Part shown: piece after piece, positions 28,763-38,035 of the stretch
How positions within the stretch are numbered: the stretch's first letter is position 1
Layout of the letters: the number at the start of each line of letters is the position of its first letter
Source of the DNA: an uncultured Chitinophaga sp.
Lineage (GTDB): Bacteria > Planctomycetota > Planctomycetia > Planctomycetales > Planctomycetaceae
Direction: 5' to 3'
Length of the DNA: 64,000 bases
Assembly (NCBI GenBank): GCA_964538835.1
Contig: CAZIGZ010000008.1
Span: 21,788-85,787 of the forward strand
Position numbers and translations under genes: made by a program
The notes under the pieces: model-generated
Told to the model about the DNA's origin: nothing
Database searches by the model: none
Seen by the model: only the letters and a program-made list of their open reading frames with translations

Positions 28763-31700
28763 TATTCCGACACTACCCGTTTATTGGATTTGGACCCTAC
28801 ATTATAGACGCTGAAATCGTACCCCTCTGTGCTTGCGAGAGCCACATCCTTTCCGGTCTGCGAGATAGACGAAATATCGAACGGTTCGTCAAGTTCGATT
28901 CTGGAAGACGTTACCGACTCAAAATTCCGGGTGACTTCGAAAATCTCACCGGTTTCTGCAAGGGCGACGAAATCAGCCTGCTCGCCGACAGACTGCACAT
29001 TCACAAAGGACTTACCCCCTTCCGCCTGGAGCAGTTTCCTTAGCTGCAGAGACTTAATGTCCAGAAAGTAACACCCCGTGGATGAGCAAAACGCCACGGT
29101 CGTCATGTCTTTCGAGAACCCTCCCCCAAAGAGACTGCCAATCTTTGGCTGCCGCGTGATCGCACTGACGTTGGCCGTTGCCACATCGCCGGATGTCAAG
29201 TCCGCAAGGGAAAGTTGTCCCGACGGGTCCAGCATCATCGCAATTGAAAAATCCGGACTGACCATACAGAACCCGGAAAATGCCCCCTTGATCTCATAGG
29301 TCTTCGTTGTTTCCAGTGTGACGGCATCAAGAACCTTCAATTGAGTTGAGGTATTGCCCTTTTCAAAGATGCAAATGGAGTTGCTGCTTTCATGAAAGAA
29401 CGAGCTGGTCAAGCCAGCAGAAAACTCCACGCTCGACTTGAGTTCTGCGGAGTAGTCATCCAATGGCTCCACACGCGACAACCCGTCGACACCAAGCAAT
29501 AAAACTCCTCCGTCCCGATCAATGAACACTTTTCGCGAACTTTCCGGCACCGCTCTTCGCCTGATCAGGCGAGGTTCTTCAGAAATGGACCATAGATCAA
29601 GGACACCCTGCTGGCGAAGGGCCGCCGCAATTCCTTTATCGCTGTCCACATCAAGGCTCATCAGCTTATCGACGAACAGTGTGCTTCCAGTGTCCGAACC
29701 GCCCCATGGAACATAGGTGTATGCCAGGTATGCTAAGCCGATGAATGCGAAACTCAGTACAGCCACGAGGATTTTGGATCCCCCGGGAATAGCACCCGCT
29801 AGAACTCCTGGCGTAAGCTTCGCCATGAGGCCGGAGAATCTCCGCTTCATGCGCTGAGAACGGATCCTGCCGGGACTGCTCCCCAGATCAATTAGTGTCT
29901 GCTCAGCCCCACGGCGGACCATTTTGTCCCCGTCTTCCAGGAGCCGTTCCACGGCCTCTTCCGCGCCTTCCAGTTTCAGCAGGCCAATCCCACGGACGGC
30001 CTGATATCGTACTTCCGGTGAAGAATCTTTCAGGACCCCCAACAACGTTGGCCCAGCGGCCGATTGTCCCAGACGACCCAGTGCGATGACGGACTGAAGC
30101 TTGACAACAGGGTGGTCCTCAACAGCCTCTTCAAGGACGCCCAGCGATCCTTTGTCCTGAAAGTCCCCAATTGCCTTTGCGCATGCGGCACGAACCGTTT
30201 CATCGGGATCCCGCTTCAGCATCTCACGCAATCGAGGGAGTTGTTTTTCCTGTTTCAGGACAGCCAGTTGTTCGACGCTTTGCCGACGGACACTCGGATT
30301 GTTGTCATCCAGCATGCGAACAAAGAGCGGGGCACTCGACGGGATCTTCAGCTTGCGAAGTGCCTTGAGCGCCAACTCACGAAAAGCGCCAGAGTCGCCC
30401 TCAACGTATCGAATCAAGACCGCGGACGCACTTTCACCGCCGTTTCGGTTCAATGCCGCAAGAAGATGTTCGACGGTGTTCGGATCGGATTCACTCTCCA
30501 GGGCTTTCGCGACCGGTCCGCCCAGTTCCGGCTCGTCCATGCGGGAGGCTGCCTGGGCTGCGCTACGACGAACGGTCAGATCCGGGTCCGAAAACAAGTT
30601 CGAAAGCAGGCTCACACTTTTCGGACTGTGGATCGTGGCAAGCGCTAGTGCGGCCTGGCTTCTTACCCGAGCATCGGTATCCTCCAGAGCGTCATTGATG
30701 TGCCCAATAATTCGCTTTTCGCCCGTTCGCACCAGTGCTTCCACCGCGGCTGCTCGCATCACGGCAGATTCATGCGAAACAAACTTCTCGAAGAATTCCC
30801 GGTGGGCGGCTCCAGTGAATCTCGACAACAGCGACACCGCAAAAGCGACAACATCGACGTCAGAGCTGTTACAGGCACTCAGCAGGAATTGCTCCCATGA
30901 TGCCTTTTCCTCGCTTTCCAGTTCTTCCACCGCCGACGTGACCACGGTTCGCAGCGAATTGTTGACCAGGCCTGCCGCAAGAATCACTCCTCGGACAGAC
31001 GGCTGCTTAATGCTGATGAGTGAGGCAACTGCAATCTCGACGACAGTGCCAGACTTGTCGCTCAGGAATCGGAGCAGCGGTACAGCCGCTTCCGCATAAG
31101 GAATCATGCCAAGAGCCTTCGCACAGGCTGCCCGAACTTCTTTCGACGGCTTGCTGCCAAAAGAACTGATGGTCTCGATGGCCGTCGGGGATCCCGTGTC
31201 CCCCAATTCCAGCAGGCGCTTTCGCACGGCTTCGATGTCGGTGGCCGGCGTTGCAAGAAGTCCGGCAATCTTCCTGGTGAGCAACCGAGGAGGCGCCTTC
31301 GGCAATTCTTCACGAGTCTCCAGGAGCTTTCGGAAAGCTACCTCACGGGCCTCCCTCAATCGAGCCAGATTTCGCTCATTCTGTTCTCGGACTCGCTCTG
31401 CGGCTTCTGCTTCCGGATTCGAAACAGGCTCCTGCACAATCGGTGCTGGAGTGACGGCGGAATCAGAAGCCGGGATCTGTCCGTTCTTCTTCTCCGAATC
31501 CAGTCGGATGACCATCGATCCTGATGCCACCGCAACGCCGGACGCGCTCGAAAAGGCCGGGATGAGTGGGGACGACGCTGTCATGTCCATCGAGACAAAC
31601 GGCTGCGATGTCGGTGGCGTCAACGCTACCGGCGGAGTTGCCGGGCCGCCCATTGGAGCATACTGGGCAGCCGGATAGGGCGTTTGCTGGTACTGAGGAT

Positions 31701-32985
31701 ACCCAGGATACGGAGCGGGGTAGGCGGACGGACCGCCGAATGCCGGTGCCATTTGCCCGCCGGCAGGAATATAGGCATTGGGGTCAGGACGAACCGGAGA
31801 TGCAACGGGATACGTTCCGGATGCCGACGGAGATGGCCAACCGGGGCCAATGACTCGCACATCAGACACGGAAGAACCATGACTGTGTGGAAAAAGCGAA
31901 TCTGATGAATGCGATCCCGACGACTGCGAGGCAGCTGAAAACACCGGATTTGAAGCGGACGAATCCTGAAGATTCGAACTAACGGATTCAAAAAAATTAA
32001 AATCTGCTATGGAATCACTTGGAGTTCCATGACTCTTGAACAACTGCTCGATCGAATGATCGGTTGTCCCGGCAGACTTCAGCAAGTCGGCAATCGCCCG
32101 CTCCCCGGTCTGTTCCATGTCAGATTTCATCATGGCATCCATCTCCAGCGACAACTTGTTCGTCATTGCCGACTGAGAAGGATTGATCTGACTCCCGGAC
32201 GAAGAAACTCCTGAAGCGGCTGAACCAGCGACATGGACCGGCTCACCAATCATTGAACCAAGCGACAATTGTCCCGACTCATCCATGGGAGAAGCGATTG
32301 GCGCTGGTTGTTCCGGTAGCGTTTGGCAAAACGCCAGCAGGTCAGATCGCCACTGAGACAGTGCTGGATTCTGAGAGCAGTCAATCCGCTCGAATTCGGT
32401 CATCCATCCATGACGATCAGTCAACGAGAGACGTCGTAATGCCTCCGTCGCGGACACTCGAAGCTTGTTATTCTCCACCGCGGCAAGCAGGACAGCTTCC
32501 GCACAAAAAAACTGTCCGGTGCTCAGCAATGCCTGCATTGCAGCATTGCGCACTCGGGACGAGCCATCTTTCAGCATCGGCAAAAGCAGATAGGCGGACA
32601 AAGAGTGCCGCAGCCTGCCCAGAGAAACCGCCACGGCCTGACGAACCTCACGACCTCGCGAAGTGGCGACCAGCAGAAGCGTACGCAGAATGGCCGGGTC
32701 ACGTGTTTCGCCAAGAGCCTGGATGATTCCGACGCGCACAGCAATCGCATCAGGAGGAACCGCCTGCAAACTTCCCATCAGCGGAGCAACCGCCGGCGAC
32801 GACGGAGACGGAATCATCTCCCGCTTCTGCTTGATCCATGATCGCAAACGATCAATGCTCTGATCCAGCGAACTGCCCGCAATCGTTGCGGAATTTTTCT
32901 GACTCGGCAGCAATCCTTGCCCGCATTCGGAACAGAACTTAGCAGTCTCGCTATTTTCCGCACCACATGTGGGGCAGCGCTTCAT
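28762..32985 (-). CDS. 1407-aa zinc-ribbon / HEAT-repeat / single-TM / beta-propeller-like protein
   Basis: N-terminal CPTCGAENSETAKFCSECG. Many PBS-lyase-type HEAT repeats (e.g. DPDETVRAACAKAIG, SSPEVRYQAVRGIG). S/P-rich region. TM ILVAVLSFAFIGLAYLAYTYV. About 330-aa beta-rich C-terminus. Confidence 0.75.
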   Translation of the reverse strand: MKRCPTCGAENSETAKFCSECGQGLLPSQKNSATIAGSSLDQSIDRLRSWIKQKREMIPSPSSPAVAPLMGSLQAVPPDAIAVRVGIIQALGETRDPAILRTLLLVATSRGREVRQAVAVSLGRLRHSLSAYLLLPMLKDGSSRVRNAAMQALLSTGQFFCAEAVLLAAVENNKLRVSATEALRRLSLTDRHGWMTEFERIDCSQNPALSQWRSDLLAFCQTLPEQPAPIASPMDESGQLSLGSMIGEPVHVAGSAASGVSSSGSQINPSQSAMTNKLSLEMDAMMKSDMEQTGERAIADLLKSAGTTDHSIEQLFKSHGTPSDSIADFNFFESVSSNLQDSSASNPVFSAASQSSGSHSSDSLFPHSHGSSVSDVRVIGPGWPSPSASGTYPVASPVRPDPNAYIPAGGQMAPAFGGPSAYPAPYPGYPQYQQTPYPAAQYAPMGGPATPPVALTPPTSQPFVSMDMTASSPLIPAFSSASGVAVASGSMVIRLDSEKKNGQIPASDSAVTPAPIVQEPVSNPEAEAAERVREQNERNLARLREAREVAFRKLLETREELPKAPPRLLTRKIAGLLATPATDIEAVRKRLLELGDTGSPTAIETISSFGSKPSKEVRAACAKALGMIPYAEAAVPLLRFLSDKSGTVVEIAVASLISIKQPSVRGVILAAGLVNNSLRTVVTSAVEELESEEKASWEQFLLSACNSSDVDVVAFAVSLLSRFTGAAHREFFEKFVSHESAVMRAAAVEALVRTGEKRIIGHINDALEDTDARVRSQAALALATIHSPKSVSLLSNLFSDPDLTVRRSAAQAASRMDEPELGGPVAKALESESDPNTVEHLLAALNRNGGESASAVLIRYVEGDSGAFRELALKALRKLKIPSSAPLFVRMLDDNNPSVRRQSVEQLAVLKQEKQLPRLREMLKRDPDETVRAACAKAIGDFQDKGSLGVLEEAVEDHPVVKLQSVIALGRLGQSAAGPTLLGVLKDSSPEVRYQAVRGIGLLKLEGAEEAVERLLEDGDKMVRRGAEQTLIDLGSSPGRIRSQRMKRRFSGLMAKLTPGVLAGAIPGGSKILVAVLSFAFIGLAYLAYTYVPWGGSDTGSTLFVDKLMSLDVDSDKGIAAALRQQGVLDLWSISEEPRLIRRRAVPESSRKVFIDRDGGVLLLGVDGLSRVEPLDDYSAELKSSVEFSAGLTSSFFHESSNSICIFEKGNTSTQLKVLDAVTLETTKTYEIKGAFSGFCMVSPDFSIAMMLDPSGQLSLADLTSGDVATANVSAITRQPKIGSLFGGGFSKDMTTVAFCSSTGCYFLDIKSLQLRKLLQAEGGKSFVNVQSVGEQADFVALAETGEIFEVTRNFESVTSSRIELDEPFDISSISQTGKDVALASTEGYDFSVYNVGSKSNKRVVSE

Positions 32986-32994
32986 ATCAATGAG

Positions 32995-33040
32995 CCCAAA
33001 AACAAAGAAATGTCCGGCCCCAACAGAGTTGAAGCCGGAC
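32995..33040 (-). terminator. Intrinsic terminator after DUF1559 copy 1
   Basis: Minus-strand RNA GUCCGGCUUCAAC-UCU-GUUGGGGCCGGAC forms a 13-bp stem with 2 G-U pairs, followed by AUUUCUUUGUUUUU. Confidence 0.6.
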
Positions 33041-33071
33041 CTTGAATTTTGTCAAAGACTTCCCTCGAAGA

Positions 33072-34325
33072 TTACTCTTCGAATGATGCCTTGGCAAACT
33101 TGGTTGGGTCTGTCAGCCAAACGCCACAGAACACGTCGAATGAGTTGATTTCGCATGGGCCAGGAGTATAGCCGTCTGCAAGCGCGTCGAAAGAACCATC
33201 CGTCGGGATCGTAAACCCTGGGTTGAAGAAATTATCGCCGTTGGTGTCAAACAGCGTCTTAACACTGCCGTCAGCCATCAGCAGATTTGCACCACCACGG
33301 TGAATCGCATACCAGTCACGCGTATCCTGCAGAACAACACCTGGATTTGCAGCCTGCTGAATATCAGCCTCGACTGGAGTTTCACCAACCTGTGGATACT
33401 TCTTAGGAACGTAGAGGTTGACAGCAAACCCTTCAAGGATTGTCGTGTCACCACCATCAAGCAACTTAATTCGGCCGCCTGAAACACGAGACGGTCCGTC
33501 ATTAGCAACTTCTGCCAGTCGGACACCAGCCTGCAACGTGCCATTGATTGTGGTTGCCAGGATCGCTTCTTTCGTATCACCAGGAGCAGCGTCGCCCAGC
33601 AGCGGAATTGAGCTGGCTGGAACATCAGATCGGCTGATCTGAACCTGAGTCAGAGGACCGGTGCAACGAGGAGCATCGTCTGCGGTCGTAACAAGGCTCT
33701 TACAGCCGCTGCCAGCCATCAGAGCGTAAAGCGTGACGTTCGTGGCTGTTGAATTTACTGAAGAAACGAGATTCTGACCGCGAGTCATGAACCAGCTGCT
33801 TGCGTAGTTTGTGTTGTAGCCTTTTTCAATGTAGGTTGCCAGAACAGTTGCGCGATCAGCGTTGGTAGTGGCGGTCAGCAGGGCTGATGTGAGCGGACCC
33901 GTGGTTTCACGAGACTTCGGCGTTCGAGAATTGTTGCTTGAAGTATTTGACGACTTCACCATGTCGTTGAACTTTTCGTTCGACTTCAGTTCGCTGCTTG
34001 GGCACAGCATCTGCGATGGCAGCCCGCCCTTGACAGCAACCACGTTGCCAACCCAGCTAAACAGTGTCGGGTCCCCGTCGCGAATCCAGTCGAACTGACC
34101 AGAGCAGATTCGCTTTGCAGGATCGCTGTCGCTCCATGCGTACAGTGCAATACCGAACTGACGCAGGTTGTTCTTACACTGTGCACTTCGTGCTGCTTCA
34201 CGAGCAGACTGAATCGCTGGCAGAATCAGAGCCATCAGGATCGCGATAATTGCAATCACAACCAGCAGCTCGATCAGAGTGAAACCCTTACGACGGGCTT
34301 CCTGAATCAAATTACCCTTAAACAT
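33072..34325 (-). CDS. DUF1559 / H-X9-DG prepilin-like protein (copy 1)
   Basis: [56 protein letters not shown] is a prepilin-type N-terminal cleavage/methylation motif. [12 protein letters not shown] is the H-X9-DG motif. ATG 34325 is preferred over the 59-codon ORF extension. Confidence 0.85.
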   Translation of the reverse strand: MFKGNLIQEARRKGFTLIELLVVIAIIAILMALILPAIQSAREAARSAQCKNNLRQFGIALYAWSDSDPAKRICSGQFDWIRDGDPTLFSWVGNVVAVKGGLPSQMLCPSSELKSNEKFNDMVKSSNTSSNNSRTPKSRETTGPLTSALLTATTNADRATVLATYIEKGYNTNYASSWFMTRGQNLVSSVNSTATNVTLYALMAGSGCKSLVTTADDAPRCTGPLTQVQISRSDVPASSIPLLGDAAPGDTKEAILATTINGTLQAGVRLAEVANDGPSRVSGGRIKLLDGGDTTILEGFAVNLYVPKKYPQVGETPVEADIQQAANPGVVLQDTRDWYAIHRGGANLLMADGSVKTLFDTNGDNFFNPGFTIPTDGSFDALADGYTPGPCEINSFDVFCGVWLTDPTKFAKASFEE

Positions 34326-34975
34326 CCGTTTCACGTTTCTGTCCTCTACACAAGAAAACTGAAAACACACACAAAAGAAACATTGACCAACCACCGCCAG
34401 AACGGGCCAAGCCCTGACGAAACCCCCGCAGTGATGTCGCGACCAACACTGCATTTTCTCCAACACGGATACGCGATGTTTCGTAACGTAAAACAAAGGC
34501 ATCCAAGATCAGAAGACTCCGCTTCTGACTGAGACCGCTCCTAACTGTCTCTCCCCGATACTTTACCGGGCTGCGTTAATCGCTGATGAAGCCTGTGTGA
34601 AAAGAAAGATTTCCCGAAAACTCTTCAATGGAAGAACCCGACACGTCGGTGAGGGATGGAAACCACCTTGATTCTCAGGGGTTGTGCCTCACTGACGCAA
34701 CAGGATGAGATGATCTCAACAGGCCGCCATGCGACGACATTTTCTTCTCGACCAGAATTCTCGACCTGCACTGTGAAGAAAAGATTAATCGCACCGGGGA
34801 AATTTTCGAAAAATCGAATTTCGAAAGCGATGCTCCGCCATGTTTCGCAAGTGCAACGCCATCAATGACTTATGTTGCCTTCAGGAAACCGGGAGAGCAT
34901 TGGCAAGGGCATGAGTGGCCGGCGAAATTGCTTGATCAGCGCCGGCAGGCCGCAACGGCAGACTCCGGCCGGAAG

Positions 34976-35119
34976 AATTGGCGGGATTGGCGGAGGATGC
35001 GGATGATGTTATCGCATCGATAACATCGCTCGACAAGGCCGTCCTGCAGCGCTCGAAATCTTAGCAGCCATGGATACTGCCCATTTGCATGCAATGAGGC
35101 AATTCTGCGTGCCTCTTTC
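34976..35119 (-). pseudogene. Relic of the 3' end of a GT2 paralog (homologous to 37113-37256)
   Basis: Hand alignment gives 144 bp with no indels and 9 mismatches. The stop TAA is changed to CAA. 4 of the 9 changes are synonymous in the GT2 frame. Confidence 0.8.
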
Positions 35120-35140
35120 CGCTTTTCTCAGAATGTTGCG

Positions 35141-35277
35141 GCGAAATCAAGCATTTCGTTAGCGGTCTCCACAGTCGAGACGGCGTACGCCATGAAGAGC
35201 ATTCGATAGAGCGGCATGAGAAACGTGGCTCTTTTTTGAGCCCGTTTCAGGGACCGACCGCCGATCGCTACAACAAT
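35141..35277 (-). pseudogene. Relic of an internal C-terminal segment of a GT2 paralog (homologous to 39944-40083)
   Basis: Hand alignment of the 35158-35277 core against 39961-40083 gives 11 mismatches and one in-frame 3-bp indel. The extra 17 bp (35141-35157 vs 39944-39960) align more weakly. It joins repeat copy 2 through CAAT microhomology. Confidence 0.75.
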
Positions 35278-35280
35278 GAG

Positions 35281-35326
35281 CCCAAAAACAAAGAAATGTC
35301 CGGCCCCAACAGAGTTGAAGCCGGAC
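35281..35326 (-). terminator. Intrinsic terminator after DUF1559 copy 2
   Basis: Same hairpin and U-tract as 32995-33040, shifted by 2286 bp. Confidence 0.6.
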
Positions 35327-35357
35327 CTTGAATTTTGTCAAAGACTTCCCTCGAAGA

Positions 35358-36611
35358 TTACTCTTCGAATGATGCCTTGGCAAACTTGGTTGGGTCTGTC
35401 AGCCAAACGCCACAGAACACGTCGAATGAGTTGATTTCGCATGGGCCAGGAGTATAGCCGTCTGCAAGCGCGTCGAAAGAACCATCCGTCGGGATCGTAA
35501 ACCCTGGGTTGAAGAAATTATCGCCGTTGGTGTCAAACAGCGTCTTAACACTGCCGTCAGCCATCAGCAGATTTGCACCACCACGGTGAATCGCATACCA
35601 GTCACGCGTATCCTGCAGAACAACACCTGGATTTGCAGCCTGCTGAATATCAGCCTCGACTGGAGTTTCACCAACCTGTGGATACTTCTTAGGAACGTAG
35701 AGGTTGACAGCAAACCCTTCAAGGATTGTCGTGTCACCACCATCAAGCAACTTAATTCGGCCGCCTGAAACACGAGACGGTCCGTCATTAGCAACTTCTG
35801 CCAGTCGGACACCAGCCTGCAACGTGCCATTGATTGTGGTTGCCAGGATCGCTTCTTTCGTATCACCAGGAGCAGCGTCGCCCAGCAGCGGAATTGAGCT
35901 GGCTGGAACATCAGATCGGCTGATCTGAACCTGAGTCAGAGGACCGGTGCAACGAGGAGCATCGTCTGCGGTCGTAACAAGGCTCTTACAGCCGCTGCCA
36001 GCCATCAGAGCGTAAAGCGTGACGTTCGTGGCTGTTGAATTTACTGAAGAAACGAGATTCTGACCGCGAGTCATGAACCAGCTGCTTGCGTAGTTTGTGT
36101 TGTAGCCTTTTTCAATGTAGGTTGCCAGAACAGTTGCGCGATCAGCGTTGGTAGTGGCGGTCAGCAGGGCTGATGTGAGCGGACCCGTGGTTTCACGAGA
36201 CTTCGGCGTTCGAGAATTGTTGCTTGAAGTATTTGACGACTTCACCATGTCGTTGAACTTTTCGTTCGACTTCAGTTCGCTGCTTGGGCACAGCATCTGC
36301 GATGGCAGCCCGCCCTTGACAGCAACCACGTTGCCAACCCAGCTAAACAGTGTCGGGTCCCCGTCGCGAATCCAGTCGAACTGACCAGAGCAGATTCGCT
36401 TTGCAGGATCGCTGTCGCTCCATGCGTACAGTGCAATACCGAACTGACGCAGGTTGTTCTTACACTGTGCACTTCGTGCTGCTTCACGAGCAGACTGAAT
36501 CGCTGGCAGAATCAGAGCCATCAGGATCGCGATAATTGCAATCACAACCAGCAGCTCGATCAGAGTGAAACCCTTACGACGGGCTTCCTGAATCAAATTA
36601 CCCTTAAACAT
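35358..36611 (-). CDS. DUF1559 / H-X9-DG prepilin-like protein (copy 2, identical)
   Basis: Identical translation to 33072-34325. Confidence 0.85.
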   Translation of the reverse strand: MFKGNLIQEARRKGFTLIELLVVIAIIAILMALILPAIQSAREAARSAQCKNNLRQFGIALYAWSDSDPAKRICSGQFDWIRDGDPTLFSWVGNVVAVKGGLPSQMLCPSSELKSNEKFNDMVKSSNTSSNNSRTPKSRETTGPLTSALLTATTNADRATVLATYIEKGYNTNYASSWFMTRGQNLVSSVNSTATNVTLYALMAGSGCKSLVTTADDAPRCTGPLTQVQISRSDVPASSIPLLGDAAPGDTKEAILATTINGTLQAGVRLAEVANDGPSRVSGGRIKLLDGGDTTILEGFAVNLYVPKKYPQVGETPVEADIQQAANPGVVLQDTRDWYAIHRGGANLLMADGSVKTLFDTNGDNFFNPGFTIPTDGSFDALADGYTPGPCEINSFDVFCGVWLTDPTKFAKASFEE

Positions 36612-37114
36612 CCGTTTCACGTTTCTGTCCTCTACACAAGAAAACTGAAAACACACACAAAAGAAACATTGACCAACCACCGCCAGAACGGGCCAAGCCC
36701 TGACGAAACCCCCGCAGTGATGTCGCGACCAACACTGCATTTTCTCCAACACGGATACGCGATGTTTCGTAACGTAAAACAAAGGCATCCAAGATCAGAA
36801 GACTCCGCTTCTGACTGAGACCGCTCCTAACTGTCTCTCCCCGATACTTTACCGGGCTGCGTTAATCGCTGATGAAGCCTGTGTGAAAAGAAAGATTTCC
36901 CGAAAACTCTTCAATGGAAGAACCCGACACGTCGGTGAGGGATGGAAACCACCTTGATTCTCAGGAATTGTCCCGCAATAACGCTGCCTGTTGAGATCAA
37001 GTCAACAGACCGTCGCGATCCAAGTGACCGTACGCGCCCGTGGATGTAGCGGTCACGGACTGCAACCCAAAACCGGGTGTGCTCAGGAGGCAACGGTAGG
37101 TTGTCGCGGGTAAA

Positions 37115-37951
37115 TTAGCGGGATTGGCGGAGGGAGCGGATGATGCTGTCGCATCGATAACATCGCTCGACAAGGGCGTCCTGCAGCGCTCGAAATCTCA
37201 GCAGCCACGGATACTGCCCATTTGCATGCAGTGAGGCAATTCTGCGTGCCTCTTTCAACTGTTCACGGTATCGAACCGACGATTTGCTGTGTCCGTGAAT
37301 TCGGAAGCTGGCGACCGTCGCATCCAGATACCGACCCGGGGTCGTTCGCCAGAATCTCAGCCACAGGTCGTAGTCCATGGCGAGGTGAAGGTCCAGATTC
37401 AGATCTCCGGTACGCGAAAGGAACGGCGTCCGCCAGAAGACTCCCATTTGAGAAATCCAGTTGGCCCAAAGCAGTCCTCGAAACGTCAATCGTTTCAGGT
37501 AGTAGTTCTTGACACCTGTGATCGTTCGGCGAATTTCATGGCCATCACGATCAATCATATCGACTCGACCAAAAACCCATTCCACATTCGCGTCACGAAA
37601 CTCCTCCAGTACCCTGCTGAGTGCTCGTGGCTTCAAGATATCGTCGGAGTTCAGCCATCCGGAGATTTTTCCGGTTGCCATTGCAAGCCCGCGATTAACA
37701 GCATCTGACTGCCCGCTGTCTTTACCTGAGGTCACGACAATATCAGGACCATAACTCGCCAGCAGGTCGAGCGTCTCGTCTGTCGAGCCGCCATCCATGA
37801 CGATGAGCTGCAGCGAAAGGCTGGAAGTTCTCTGTGACAAAACGGAGTCAATCGCCGTACAAAGAAACTCCGCCTGATTCAATGTGGGCATCACGATCGT
37901 AAAGTCGGGGGAGTCCTGATTCATGTGTACTTCACCCAGACAGTCCGCCAT
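37115..37951 (-). CDS. GT2 glycosyltransferase
   Basis: FTIVMPTLNQAEFLCTAIDSVLSQ...LIVMDGGSTDET...NSDD. ATG 37924 is an alternative start. Confidence 0.85.
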   Translation of the reverse strand: MADCLGEVHMNQDSPDFTIVMPTLNQAEFLCTAIDSVLSQRTSSLSLQLIVMDGGSTDETLDLLASYGPDIVVTSGKDSGQSDAVNRGLAMATGKISGWLNSDDILKPRALSRVLEEFRDANVEWVFGRVDMIDRDGHEIRRTITGVKNYYLKRLTFRGLLWANWISQMGVFWRTPFLSRTGDLNLDLHLAMDYDLWLRFWRTTPGRYLDATVASFRIHGHSKSSVRYREQLKEARRIASLHANGQYPWLLRFRALQDALVERCYRCDSIIRSLRQSR

Positions 37952-38035
37952 TGTTCACCGAGAATCCACTCCAGAGACACACCATGCGTCCTTACGCACA
38001 AATCGCTGGCCCGAAAACTGAGTTGCGGATGTGTC

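Larger units (their letters stand above)
32988..34679. repeat. Direct repeat copy 1 (1692 bp, apparently identical to 35274-36965)
   Basis: Offset is 2286 bp. The ORF track gives identical products in all nested frames, and both ends were checked base by base. Confidence 0.9.
35274..36965. repeat. Direct repeat copy 2 (1692 bp)
   Basis: See copy 1. Confidence 0.9.

Noticed and set aside
30299-31099. 266-aa plus-strand ORF inside the 1407-aa gene
   Set aside because: It is antisense to clear HEAT repeats, with an S/A/R-rich featureless translation.
34326-34502. 59-codon N-terminal extension of the DUF1559 ORFs (also 36612-36788)
   Set aside because: Prepilin-type leaders are short. The internal ATG (34325/36611) places [10 protein letters not shown] about 14 residues from the start, and the extension is Cys/Phe-rich and not protein-like.
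32988-36965. Duplication as an insertion sequence or other mobile element
   Set aside because: There is no transposase, integrase, terminal inverted repeats or target-site duplication. The content is a housekeeping-type pilin-like gene, and the flanks show paralogous relics typical of segmental duplication.
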